A stretch of DNA of 64,000 nt from Acidobacteriota bacterium. GTDB lineage: Bacteria; Acidobacteriota; UBA6911; RPQK01; JAJDTT01. Below the pieces are notes generated by a model. The model had not been told where the DNA came from and ran no database searches. It worked only from the letters and a program-made list of their open reading frames with translations. Both the position numbers and the translations under genes were made by a program. Shown in pieces: positions 38,191-47,304 of this stretch. How positions within the stretch are numbered: position 1 is the first letter of the stretch; each line of letters opens with the position of its first letter. The DNA is taken from contig CBDCJH010000002.1 in the NCBI GenBank assembly GCA_965217775.1, positions 3,200,001 through 3,264,000 of the forward strand, in the 5' to 3' direction.

Positions 38191-40911
38191 CTAGTCAATA
38201 TATACGAACTCGTTCAAATTGAATATGGTCAGACACAGTTGCGTCAATGCCGCGGCCCGGGCCCGGCCGATCGACGAGAGCCGGGCCGGAATCTCCGTTT
38301 CCTCCGTTGCCGCGGCCCCCTCCCGGGACAGAGAATCCAGCAGGCCCAGGGCTTCACGCTTTTCCTCCGGCGAGGGGGGACGGCTCAATGTGATCCGCCA
38401 AGCGTTCTCCACCCAGGCGGACGGATCGTCTCCGTGGCCGGTCACCAGACGGTCGGCCAGTTTTCGGGCCTGCTGCAGGCCGACCCTGTGGTTGAGAAAC
38501 CAGAGGGCCTGGGGCGCCACCGTGGTCACTTGGCGGCGGGGACAGCTCAGGGAGGAGTCGGGCCGGTCGAAGGTGCGGAACATGGGAAAGGTGAAGCTTC
38601 TCCGGGACAGGATGTAGATCCCCCGGCGCGTGTGCTCGGCCGGATCGGCCGAAACCGGCCAGAGGAAAGGGGCCGGCAACACGTCCAGCTCCTCGTCGGT
38701 CAAGGGGGGCACCGCGGGGCGCCCGCCCATTTTCAGGTTCAGCGTTCCCGCCACCGAGTGCAGGGTGTCCCACATGACCTCCGCCTCCAGGCGGCGCCGG
38801 TTCATGCGCCAGAGATTGCGGTTGTCCGGGTCGAGTTCGCTGTTTCGCGGGTTGGAATAGCGGCTGGCCATCCGGTAGGTGCTGGAGGACATGATCAACC
38901 GGTGCATCGACTTGATGTCCCAGCCCCGAGCCACGAACTCGAGGGCCAGCCAATCGAGTAGTTCCGGATGAGTGGGAGGCTCTCCCTGGGCGCCGTAGTC
39001 GTTGGAGGTGCGGACGATTCCCTGCCCGAAGTGCCATTGCCAGAGCCGGTTGACCATCACTCGTGCCGTGAGGGGATGATCGGGACGGCTCAGCCAGAGG
39101 GCCAGTTGCCTGCGCGTCCGCGGAATCGGGCTCTCGGAGGATGCCGGCTCCCAACTGTCCCATTCCCCAAGGTAGTCGAATACGGCGGGGACTCCGGGAG
39201 TCACCCGCTCCAGTCGGCGGCCCAGCTCCCCTCGGTCCAAGACGTGGACTTCGGGGATCAACTCGACCTCCCGGTGACCGAGTACGGAAGCCTTGGGCAC
39301 GTCGTAGAGACCGTCGAATTTCACCAGGTGCGAAGCGTCCGCTTCGGGCAGGAGCACGACCAGCTTTCCCATTTCCTCCAGGAGCCGCTTCTTCTCCTCC
39401 TTCTCTTCGGGAGTCATCCGATCTTCCCAATCCTTGTTCAGGGCTCTCAGCGCCTCGATCAAGGGTGCGGCGAGCTCCGCCTGCTGAGGAGTCTTCTTCT
39501 CGTCCGGAAGCTCATGGGCCGACACCACTTCGGGTGGGAACTCGGATTTGACGGCCGCAATCATCCGCTTCTTGGTGCCGTCCAAGTACAGCTTGTAGGC
39601 CCTTCTGGCTTCGTCCACGGCGATCATCCGGGAATAAGTCTCATTCCGGTGGAACCTGGACATCCGGGTCACGACCGGGACCTCCATGGCATCGCTGGCG
39701 GCAAAGACCGCCTGCAGGCGGAAGTAGTCCCGCTGCGAGACGGGATCGAACTTGTGGTCGTGGCAGCGGGCGCAGGCCAAGGTCAGCCCCATGAAGACGG
39801 CGCCCGTGGTGTCGACCCAGTCGGTCATCCTCTCGTAGGCCAGCTTGGGTGCGTCGAGCAGGGATTCGACGATCTCAGGGCCGAAGGTGTAGAGGCCGGT
39901 GCCGATCCGGGCCTCCAAGTGCTCCAGCTTCTCCGGGGAGATGCCGTAGTAGTTGTCGTGGAGTTCCAGATCGTCGGGCCAGAGCTCGTCCCCGGCGATC
40001 TGCTCTTGCAGGAACCGGTCGTAGGGCTTGTTCTCGTTCAGGGACTTGATGACGTAGTCGCGATAACGCCAGGAGTTGGGGAAATACTCGTCGGTCTCGT
40101 AGCCGCCGCTGTCAGCGTAGCGCACCAGGTCCAGCCAGTGTCTGGCCCAGCGCTCTCCGTAACGGGGCGAGGCCAGCAGGTCGCGGATGAGTTTGTCGTA
40201 GACGTTGGGGGAGGCGTCCTGCAGAAAGCGGTCCACTTGCCCGGGAGTGGGCGGCAGACCGGTCAGGTCGAAAGCGGCTCTGCGGATCAGGGTCCGCTTG
40301 TCCGCCTCCGGAGCCGGTTCCAACCCCTGACTTTCCAATTCAGCCAGGATGAAGGCGTCGATAGGATTTCTCACCCGACCCTGGTTGCTGACCGTGGGGA
40401 CGGGGGTTCGCCGGGGTCTTCGGAGCGACCACCAAGCCGGTTCGGCAGAACCGCCAGCGGCGGCCGTCGAGTCCCAGGGAGCGCCTCCGTCGATCCAGTC
40501 TCGCAAGGCGTCCAGGTCCTGGGAGGGAAGCGGCGGTTTCCCCGGGGGCATTTTCAGTTCCCCCCCATGAGAGGCCGCCAGGAAGAGGAGGCTCTCTTCC
40601 GCCTTACCGGGGACCAGAGCGGGACCCTTACCGCCGCCCTCCAGCATCGTCTCTCGATGCCGCAGGTCCAAGCCGGACATCCGCTGCTCCCCGTGGCAGG
40701 AAACACAGTTGCGCTGCAGGATTCTCTTGGCCGTTTCCTGGAGTTCAGAGGCCGACTGCGCCAAGGCCGCGGACAATGCCAGGAATAGAATGGGTATCGA
40801 TGCCAATGGTCTGGTCAACACTGCCGAACGCGTAATTGTATCCCGATCCAAAGAATAAATCGGGTTGCCTGCATTTGAATCCGGTGTTGCCGAAAAGGGG
40901 GCCAAGTACAT
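38191..40911 (-). CDS. Planctomycete cytochrome c / DUF1549 / DUF1553 protein
   Basis: CVSCH and CARCHDH haem motifs; 'YGERWARHWLD', 'ARVMVNRLW', 'HPELLDWLA', 'RRLEAE'. True start probably a little downstream. Confidence 0.92.
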   Translation of the reverse strand: MYLAPFSATPDSNAGNPIYSLDRDTITRSAVLTRPLASIPILFLALSAALAQSASELQETAKRILQRNCVSCHGEQRMSGLDLRHRETMLEGGGKGPALVPGKAEESLLFLAASHGGELKMPPGKPPLPSQDLDALRDWIDGGAPWDSTAAAGGSAEPAWWSLRRPRRTPVPTVSNQGRVRNPIDAFILAELESQGLEPAPEADKRTLIRRAAFDLTGLPPTPGQVDRFLQDASPNVYDKLIRDLLASPRYGERWARHWLDLVRYADSGGYETDEYFPNSWRYRDYVIKSLNENKPYDRFLQEQIAGDELWPDDLELHDNYYGISPEKLEHLEARIGTGLYTFGPEIVESLLDAPKLAYERMTDWVDTTGAVFMGLTLACARCHDHKFDPVSQRDYFRLQAVFAASDAMEVPVVTRMSRFHRNETYSRMIAVDEARRAYKLYLDGTKKRMIAAVKSEFPPEVVSAHELPDEKKTPQQAELAAPLIEALRALNKDWEDRMTPEEKEEKKRLLEEMGKLVVLLPEADASHLVKFDGLYDVPKASVLGHREVELIPEVHVLDRGELGRRLERVTPGVPAVFDYLGEWDSWEPASSESPIPRTRRQLALWLSRPDHPLTARVMVNRLWQWHFGQGIVRTSNDYGAQGEPPTHPELLDWLALEFVARGWDIKSMHRLIMSSSTYRMASRYSNPRNSELDPDNRNLWRMNRRRLEAEVMWDTLHSVAGTLNLKMGGRPAVPPLTDEELDVLPAPFLWPVSADPAEHTRRGIYILSRRSFTFPMFRTFDRPDSSLSCPRRQVTTVAPQALWFLNHRVGLQQARKLADRLVTGHGDDPSAWVENAWRITLSRPPSPEEKREALGLLDSLSREGAAATEETEIPARLSSIGRARAAALTQLCLTIFNLNEFVYID

Positions 40912-40963
40912 TACGGGAACGACCTAAGAGGGCATTGTAGCGGCAGGGTTGATCATGTCGAGG

Positions 40964-41071
40964 TCACCCGTCCCTCAACTGGACCCAGACGATTCCGCCG
41001 ATGTGCTCAAAGGGCCGGTCATGGTCTCGCATCAACTGAGAATTGGCGCTGGAATCCAGAAGAACTCTCAT
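40964..41071 (-). pseudogene. vapC-like PIN toxin with a large internal deletion
   Basis: MRVLLDSSANSQLMR fused directly to DRPFEHIGGIVWVQL (PIN N- and C-terminal motifs); 35 aa; ATGA overlap with the antitoxin. Confidence 0.75.
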
Positions 41072-41493
41072 TCCCAAACCGATCCGTCGATTTTCTCAAA
41101 CTCCTCAAGTGCGGAATCCACCTCATCCGCCTCGGCCCGAGTCCAAGTCCCGATGAGATGATCCAGTGAAGACCCCACCGTGTCAGCATCTCCCGGACCT
41201 TCCCTTAGCAGTCCGTGGTGAAAGTCCCGCGAGCACCGAGACCGTTCCTGCGCCCGCCGGACAAGGCGCGATTCGGGTGCATACCGGGAGTATGTGCCCG
41301 AATCGCAACGCCGTCCGCCGGGATGCAGGGACGGTCGAATGCCGTGATGACTTTTGCCACGGGCTGTTAGACCGGCACCCTTCCTGAGCAGCTTCAGTAC
41401 AGTCTGATTCAGAGACTTCCCCTCTCGAATTGCGAGTCTTTGGATCCTTTCCGCCAAGTCGTCCCCGAAACCTCGAACCGTGAGCTGCTCCAT
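41068..41493 (-). CDS. FitA-like RHH antitoxin with an in-frame MITE insertion
   Basis: MEQLTVRGF...GKSLNQTVLKLL...[54-aa insert]...LDHLIGTWT. Confidence 0.75.
   Translation of the reverse strand: MEQLTVRGFGDDLAERIQRLAIREGKSLNQTVLKLLRKGAGLTARGKSHHGIRPSLHPGGRRCDSGTYSRYAPESRLVRRAQERSRCSRDFHHGLLREGPGDADTVGSSLDHLIGTWTRAEADEVDSALEEFEKIDGSVWE
41209..41366. mobile_element. 158-bp MITE (IS5-like ends)
   Basis: TIR CAGTCCGTGGTGAAAGTC / CAGCCCGTGGCAAAAGTC (15/18); TSD TTAG at 41205-41208 and 41367-41370. Confidence 0.85.
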
Positions 41494-41649
41494 ACCCCAT
41501 GACCTCCTATGACTCACTTTCTGAGTCCGTATGACTCATCTTACGGTCCATCGTCTACCGGTGGAAGGGAGAGGCGACTGCTTACCGTAGGTGACTCCGG
41601 TTTCACGGCATCGGACAGCCGGTAATGGCCCGGAGAATTCGAGCGAAGG

Positions 41650-41925
41650 TCAGGTGCCGCCGGTACCGCCTCTCCGCGATTCGTTGAGGACATCCAGGTG
41701 CGGCTGCCAATCCGGTTCCACCTTGGGCCCTTCCAATGCGTCGCACTCACGGAAGAAACGTTGCAGGTCCGCTGCCGACTCGAAGGGGACGGAACGCGGT
41801 TTGTCCGCGAGCCGCTGGCGCGCGGCGGCTATCAGCCAAGCACTCAACGACATGCCCTCGATTCGCGCCTCCTGGACGAAACGGTCGCGGTCTTCATCGG
41901 GGATCAGGAGCTGAACTCTGGCCAT
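41650..41925 (-). CDS. Orphan RHH-type antitoxin
   Basis: MARVQLLIPDEDRDRF..EARIEGMSLSAWL; no toxin ORF downstream; upstream operator-like GTGTAT-N5-ATACAC (41947-41963). Confidence 0.7.
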   Translation of the reverse strand: MARVQLLIPDEDRDRFVQEARIEGMSLSAWLIAAARQRLADKPRSVPFESAADLQRFFRECDALEGPKVEPDWQPHLDVLNESRRGGTGGT

Positions 41926-42159
41926 GGCACCAACCTGTAGCAGAATGTGTATGAAATATACACCTCCTGTTCCCGGGCGAAGAGTGTCCGGCCAAGCTGC
42001 AATCGGTGACTGGTTTTGCCCGGAATGAGCGGCAACCCTCCCTCCGAAAGCCAAAACGGCAAGCCCGCATTTCAAGCCAGGAGCTACGAATCTCCCAGTG
42101 CTATCCCCCATACCGATCGGATGTCCCGGAGTCGGTTTTGATCCGTAGTCCGGGGTTCG

Positions 42160-42564
42160 TCAGAACAATTCGCTGAGCGCCTCTTCGGGGCAGATCGCCG
42201 GGATCGGCGAGCGCCGGAAGGCCTTCATGTTCCTCGTCACAATGTACCGGGCCCCGCAGGCATCCGCGGCGGCGACCTGCATGGCGTCCTCGAAATCGGT
42301 CATTGGAAGTGCGGCTGCGTAACGAATCGCTTCAGTGCCAGTTTCTGCGACCTCCACGAAGCGGGTCATTTCCAGGATGAAATCGCGCGCCGTACTCTCC
42401 CCGCGTGTGGGAGCCACCATGTAGAAGAAGTTCGACACCGAATGCCATGCGATAAACGCTTTCCGGTAGCCATGCTCGAGCCGGTCGAGAATCTCCGAGG
42501 CCAAGTCCGAGTGGGGACGCTTGTCGAGCGCGACGTCGATGAGGACATCGGTACCAAGAAGCAT
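42160..42564 (-). CDS. PIN-domain toxin, probably inactive
   Basis: 'LLGTDVLID' where LLDT is expected; 'DFEDAMQ'; 'TRNMKAF' where TRN..DF is expected. Confidence 0.8.
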   Translation of the reverse strand: MLLGTDVLIDVALDKRPHSDLASEILDRLEHGYRKAFIAWHSVSNFFYMVAPTRGESTARDFILEMTRFVEVAETGTEAIRYAAALPMTDFEDAMQVAAADACGARYIVTRNMKAFRRSPIPAICPEEALSELF

Positions 42565-42785
42565 CAGAGATACTTTCTGGCCAGCTTGTCATAGCGCAGG
42601 TCGTCATGGTGTGCCGCCCGAAGCCGACCCCGCCACCGCGAGGAGAAGGAGGGTGTGTCCTCTCCTGCCATATCTCGGAGCGATTGTTCGATGAGCGACG
42701 ACAGCGACACCCGGCGAGACCGCGCATAAAGCTTGGCCCTGGGGATCAACTCGGCATCCACCGTGATCGTCAGCTTCTTCTTCAT
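42564..42785 (-). CDS. DUF6364-like RHH antitoxin
   Basis: MKKKLTITVDAELIPRAKLYARSRRVSLSSLIE...KYL; upstream ATACGTAT repeats (42816-42844). Confidence 0.8.
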   Translation of the reverse strand: MKKKLTITVDAELIPRAKLYARSRRVSLSSLIEQSLRDMAGEDTPSFSSRWRGRLRAAHHDDLRYDKLARKYL

Positions 42786-42970
42786 CTCTGATCATCGTCC
42801 TCCCCGAAAATGAAGATACGTATAGTATCCACCAGTATACGTATTAGCCTCTTGTGTTCAAATTCTGACGAATCAGCGTCTTGCCCACTCGCCCCGAAGT
42901 TTGACGTACACGGAGCTGGGGGTTGACCAGCTACTCCATATAACGAAAATTACAGAAGAAGGACGATCCA

Positions 42971-43198
42971 ATGCTTTCATTCAAGGTAACCACCGTCGGC
43001 ACCTCGTCCGGCATCATTCTGACCAAGGCGGCAATGGCAAGGCTCAGAGTGAAGAAGGGCGACACTCTCTATCTCACTGAAGCCCCGGACGGGGCTTGGC
43101 GAATAACACCTTACAACCCCGAATTCGCCCGCCAGATGAAAATGGCCGATGAGATCATGCATGACGATCGTGAGGTTTTGAGGGCTCTGGCAAAGTGA
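42971..43198 (+). CDS. AbrB/MazE/SpoVT-type antitoxin (Doc-associated)
   Basis: 'KVTTVGTSSGIILTK..RLRVKKGDTLYLTE...PYNPEFARQM...VLRALAK'. Confidence 0.85.
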   Translation: MLSFKVTTVGTSSGIILTKAAMARLRVKKGDTLYLTEAPDGAWRITPYNPEFARQMKMADEIMHDDREVLRALAK

Positions 43199-43350
43199 GC
43201 ATCCAGAAAACTACGGGGCGCGACAAGTGGCGCTCGAATGCCCCGAGTGTCGGCCTTGGGATCCATGACCGGCAACTCACAGAGCACCGCGGGGCGGACG
43301 CATCTGTGATTGAGGAGTAATCGAATCGGCGCTGTCCCGCTCGAAACTTC
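43195..43350 (+). pseudogene. Degenerate death-on-curing (Doc/Fic) toxin fragment
   Basis: 'GIHDRQLTEHRGAD', then frameshifted 'ICD*GVIESALSR'; no HPFxDGNKR motif follows. Confidence 0.7.
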
Positions 43351-43731
43351 TCGAGCAAGGACGCATCCCCGGCGGAGCCCAACCTGTTACACCCTACGTT
43401 TTGGAAATGCCGGGGACCATGGTTTTGCTGTTCGGCGACTCATTTCCGATGAGTGGTTCCCGGCAATGCATCGTGCCTGTTTCGCGTTGGATCCACTGAT
43501 CCGGCCCACTTCGGGAGGAGCCTGAGCCTGCCAGGACGAGTGACCTATGCGTGTCCATCCGTGGTGTCCATACTCAGTTGATGACAATGTCAGATTATTT
43601 AGTGGTATACTCTGACATCATGAGTGACGGGCCACACAGAAGCCGTGGCATGCGTCCGGCATGGAAGAGCTTCTTGGATTCGTTGGGTCCAAAATCTTTC
43701 GTGGTGAAATGGGCTATGGGGGTGCAATGGC

Positions 43732-44910
43732 ATGCTACTAACAGATTTGATTCCTGCTGATATCGGCGCACGTCTTCGGCTGGCTCGGGAGGTCGCTGGA
43801 ATCACCCAAGCCAATGCGGCGATGAAGATTGCTGTCGCACGTACAACGTTGATCGCGATAGAAAAGGGCCAGCGACGCATTCGCACGGAAGAATTACAGA
43901 AATTAGCAATATTGTACGACACTTCTGTAAACGCGCTCCTGCGGCGCGAAGCCGTACACATCGATCTCGTTCCCCGTTTTAGAAAACACATTGGAACCGG
44001 CAATGAGGCATTGAACGCTGCAGCTCAATTGCTGGAAAACCTGGTAAAAGCTGAAGTCGAACTTGAGAACATTCTAGGAATCAAGCGCACTCGCAACTAC
44101 CCGCCTGAGCGGCCTCTGCTGCGAGGCAATGTTCGTGCGCAAGCCGAGAATGATGCAATTGAACTCCGGCATTGGTTGGGGTTGGGACTGGCTCCGGTTC
44201 GTGAACCGGTAACGCTGCTAGAGTTGGAGCTTGGAGTCCGAGTCTACATTCGGCCGCTGAAAGGTATGGTGTCCGGGTTGTTCGCGTATGACGAGGACGT
44301 AGGAGCATGCATGCTCTTGAACGCCAACCACCCGCGTGAACGTCGAAATCAAAGCTGTGTACATGAACTGGGACATCTCGTATCCACCCGTCGGACACCC
44401 GAAGTGCTGCGTACTGATAGATCGGGGACCTCACGTGCGGAACGTTATGCGGATGAGTTCGGTCGGGCCTTTATAACGCCCGCGCGGGCCGTGATGCGAA
44501 AATTCCAAGAAATCACGGCAGGATCATCGAAACTTACCCGTCGACACGTGATCGTGCTGGCTCATGCGTTCGTAGTGTCGCGTGAAGCCATAGTACGGCG
44601 TCTTGAAGAACTTGGACTCACCAAGCAAGGTACGTGGGATTGGTTTCAGGCAAACGGAGGGATTTCGAATGATCAGGCACGGCGGGTTCTGGGCGACCTG
44701 ATCACTGCTGACACTCACGAGCTCGAAAAGCGCCGACCAACGGCACTGAGGTTGATTCTGTTGGCCGAAGAAGCATGGAGGCAAGCACTGCTTAGCGAAG
44801 GACAGCTCTCTAGTCTTCTTCATCTTGATCGTGTCTCACTACGTAAAATCCTGGACGACGCAGAGACCGAAGGGATCGAGATGAATGCAGGGGCTCAGCT
44901 GCGTTACTGA
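43732..44910 (+). CDS. XRE-HTH fused ImmA/IrrE (Peptidase_M78) metallopeptidase
   Basis: 'IGARLRLAREVAGITQ...IEKGQR' HTH; 'RRNQSCVHELGH' HExxH; 'ERYADEF'. Confidence 0.9.
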   Translation: MLLTDLIPADIGARLRLAREVAGITQANAAMKIAVARTTLIAIEKGQRRIRTEELQKLAILYDTSVNALLRREAVHIDLVPRFRKHIGTGNEALNAAAQLLENLVKAEVELENILGIKRTRNYPPERPLLRGNVRAQAENDAIELRHWLGLGLAPVREPVTLLELELGVRVYIRPLKGMVSGLFAYDEDVGACMLLNANHPRERRNQSCVHELGHLVSTRRTPEVLRTDRSGTSRAERYADEFGRAFITPARAVMRKFQEITAGSSKLTRRHVIVLAHAFVVSREAIVRRLEELGLTKQGTWDWFQANGGISNDQARRVLGDLITADTHELEKRRPTALRLILLAEEAWRQALLSEGQLSSLLHLDRVSLRKILDDAETEGIEMNAGAQLRY

Positions 44911-45514
44911 TCCCTCCGGTCTCTTGGTCGCCGACACAAGCGTCATCATCAATCTGAACGCATCGCAGTGTGCTAAAGACATACTCGACGCCTTGCCAAA
45001 CCAAGTTTTTGTCGTTGAAGAAGTCTCGCAGGAGCTTGAGCGTGGACGGCAATTTGGGTGGACCCACGCAGACGCCCTATTGGCTCTCATCAAATCCCAG
45101 CGTATTGCAATCGTACGGTTAGGCGAGATAGGGCAGCATTATTTCGAGAGGCTCGTAGCTGGCGCTGCTTCTCAGACACTAGATGACGGCGAGGCCGCGA
45201 CAATCGCGTACGCGCTTGAGACCGGCGCCACGCCCCTCATTGACGAACGAAAAGCCCACAGGATCTGTGCGGAACGTTTTCCGGCGATGGCGGTTGGATG
45301 CACCGGCGATCTTCTCGCCCACGACAAAGTCCAGCAAGTCCTTGGTCGTGAGATCCTCGCCGAAGCCGTCTACAACGCTCTTCAAGGTGGTCGCATGCGA
45401 GTCATGGCAGATTTTCTCGCTTGGACGGTAGAATTGATTGGTCCTGATCGGGCGGCAAATTGCCCGTCCCTCCCAAGATCAGTCCGTAGCCAGTTCTCAT
45501 CCGGAAAGCTGTAA
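44885..45514 (+). CDS. PIN-like nuclease (DUF3368/COG2405-like)
   Basis: 'VADTSVIINL', 'EEVSQEL', 'LDDGEAATIA', 'IDERKA'; overlaps the upstream gene. Confidence 0.8.
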   Translation: MQGLSCVTDPSGLLVADTSVIINLNASQCAKDILDALPNQVFVVEEVSQELERGRQFGWTHADALLALIKSQRIAIVRLGEIGQHYFERLVAGAASQTLDDGEAATIAYALETGATPLIDERKAHRICAERFPAMAVGCTGDLLAHDKVQQVLGREILAEAVYNALQGGRMRVMADFLAWTVELIGPDRAANCPSLPRSVRSQFSSGKL

Positions 45515-45676
45515 GTTATTGGGAAATATTGTTCGGCACCGGCCCAATACCCAGACGCGCCCTGGCGAAGCGAGTGCGACTGAAGTTTCTCCCCAAACGG
45601 CGCCGGCAAGCGGAAGGTCGTATGCGCTGAACCCCCTTCAAGACTTCCACCAATATTTGGTTTAGACTACGCGCCA

Positions 45677-46612
45677 ATGTGCGGTATTGTCGGGTACCTG
45701 AACCGTAGCGGCTCCGGCGCCGGCGCCCCCATCGGGTCGATCCTCCTGGGGATGCTCAAGAGCCTGGACTGCCGGGGACCCGACTCGGCCGGCGTCGCCA
45801 TCTTCGGCCCGACCCGGACGCCGAACCTCAAGCTGCGGATCAAGTTGAACGGCGCGAGCGACCTCCGCGACTCGGCCGACCGGGTGCGCACCATCATCTC
45901 TCGCCGGCTTCCCGTCCTGGACGCGGCCGTCGTCCACGAATACCTGCAACTGCTCGTGGGACCGGTGGAAGACGCCGAGTCCGTTCTGCCCCGGCTGGAG
46001 CGGGACCTGGAGGATTACGAGTTGGTCAGCGGCGGCCGTCAGTTGGAGATCGTCAAGCAGGTCGGGTCGCCCACCCATCTGGACACCGGCTACGGGGTCT
46101 CCGGACTGACCGGGACCCACGGCATCGGGCACACCCGCCTTTCCACCGAGAGCCGCGTCGACCTGAGCCACTCCCAGCCCTTCGGAGTCCACGGCGTCGC
46201 CGACCTGGCCACGGTCCACAACGGACACATCACCAACTACCACAAGCTGCGGGGCCGCTATGAACAGATGGGCGTCCGCTTCTTCACCGAGAACGACTCG
46301 GAAGTCATTGGCGTCTATCTCGCCCACCAGATGTCCCTGGGCCGGACTTTCCGGGAGGCGCTGGAGTCCTCCCTGGACGACTTCGACGGCTCCTTCTCCT
46401 ATCTGGCCGCCTCCGGCACCGAGTTGGCCTACGCCAAGGACCGGTTCGGATTCAAGCCCCTGCTGGTGGCCGAGTCGGAGGACTGGGTTGCCATCGCCAC
46501 CGAAGAGATCGCCCTCCGGTCCACTCTGACCGGGGATTTCGACGCCCTGGAGCCAGGAGTGAACCAGGTCCGGATCTGGTCCCTGCCCCAGCCGGTCGCG
46601 GAGACGGCGTGA
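45677..46612 (+). CDS. mgsA: Class II glutamine amidotransferase-like; N-methylglutamate synthase subunit A (GlxB)
   Basis: MCGIVG N-terminal Cys; RGPDSAG, GHTRLSTES, VHNG, ENDSE. Confidence 0.85.
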   Translation: MCGIVGYLNRSGSGAGAPIGSILLGMLKSLDCRGPDSAGVAIFGPTRTPNLKLRIKLNGASDLRDSADRVRTIISRRLPVLDAAVVHEYLQLLVGPVEDAESVLPRLERDLEDYELVSGGRQLEIVKQVGSPTHLDTGYGVSGLTGTHGIGHTRLSTESRVDLSHSQPFGVHGVADLATVHNGHITNYHKLRGRYEQMGVRFFTENDSEVIGVYLAHQMSLGRTFREALESSLDDFDGSFSYLAASGTELAYAKDRFGFKPLLVAESEDWVAIATEEIALRSTLTGDFDALEPGVNQVRIWSLPQPVAETA

Positions 46613-47304
46613 TGGGAGCCGACGTGAGGGCCGGTGACCGGAGTTCCCGGGAGATCAACCAACAGATCAAGGATCTGATCCGATCGGGGGAGACCCGAAT
46701 CCGGGTCCGCCAGACTCAGGCCCAGCACAACCTGGCCGTGGGGATTCTCTCTCCCGTCTCCATCTCCTTCGAAGGCAGCGTGGGCTACTATTGCGGCGGC
46801 CTCATGGACGGGCCCGACCTGCAGATCCTGGGCAGCGCGGGATGGGGCCTGGGGGAATCCATGGCCGCGGGCACCATCCAGGTGCTCGGAAACGCCGGCA
46901 ACGGGTGCGCCGCCACCATCCGCGGCGGCACCGTCGTGGTCCGCGGCAGCACGGCGGCCCGGGCGGGCATCAGCATGAAGGGGGGGCTCCTCATCATCGG
47001 CGGCAACTGCGGCTACATGACCGGATTCATGAGTCAGAAGGGGACGGTTATCGTCTGCGGAAACGCGGGCCCCGGCCTGGGCGACTCCATGTACGAGGGC
47101 CGGCTCTTCATCGGGGGCGAGATCCAGGAACTGGGCAACGACGCCGTGGTCGAAGAACCGGACCAGGAGGAATGGGACTTCCTGACCCGGAATCTGGCGC
47201 CCCGGGGCTTCCCGGTTCCCGCCTCCTTCAAGAAGGTCGTTTCCGGGCGGCGCCTCTGGAACTTCAACCGCAAGGAGCGGGATCTCTGGAAGGAGGTCTT
47301 GTGA
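46609..47304 (+). CDS. mgsB: GXGXG domain; N-methylglutamate synthase subunit B (GlxC)
   Basis: HNLAVG, GSVGYYCGG, AARAGISMKG, GLGDSMYE, RRLWNF. Confidence 0.87.
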   Translation: MMGADVRAGDRSSREINQQIKDLIRSGETRIRVRQTQAQHNLAVGILSPVSISFEGSVGYYCGGLMDGPDLQILGSAGWGLGESMAAGTIQVLGNAGNGCAATIRGGTVVVRGSTAARAGISMKGGLLIIGGNCGYMTGFMSQKGTVIVCGNAGPGLGDSMYEGRLFIGGEIQELGNDAVVEEPDQEEWDFLTRNLAPRGFPVPASFKKVVSGRRLWNFNRKERDLWKEVL

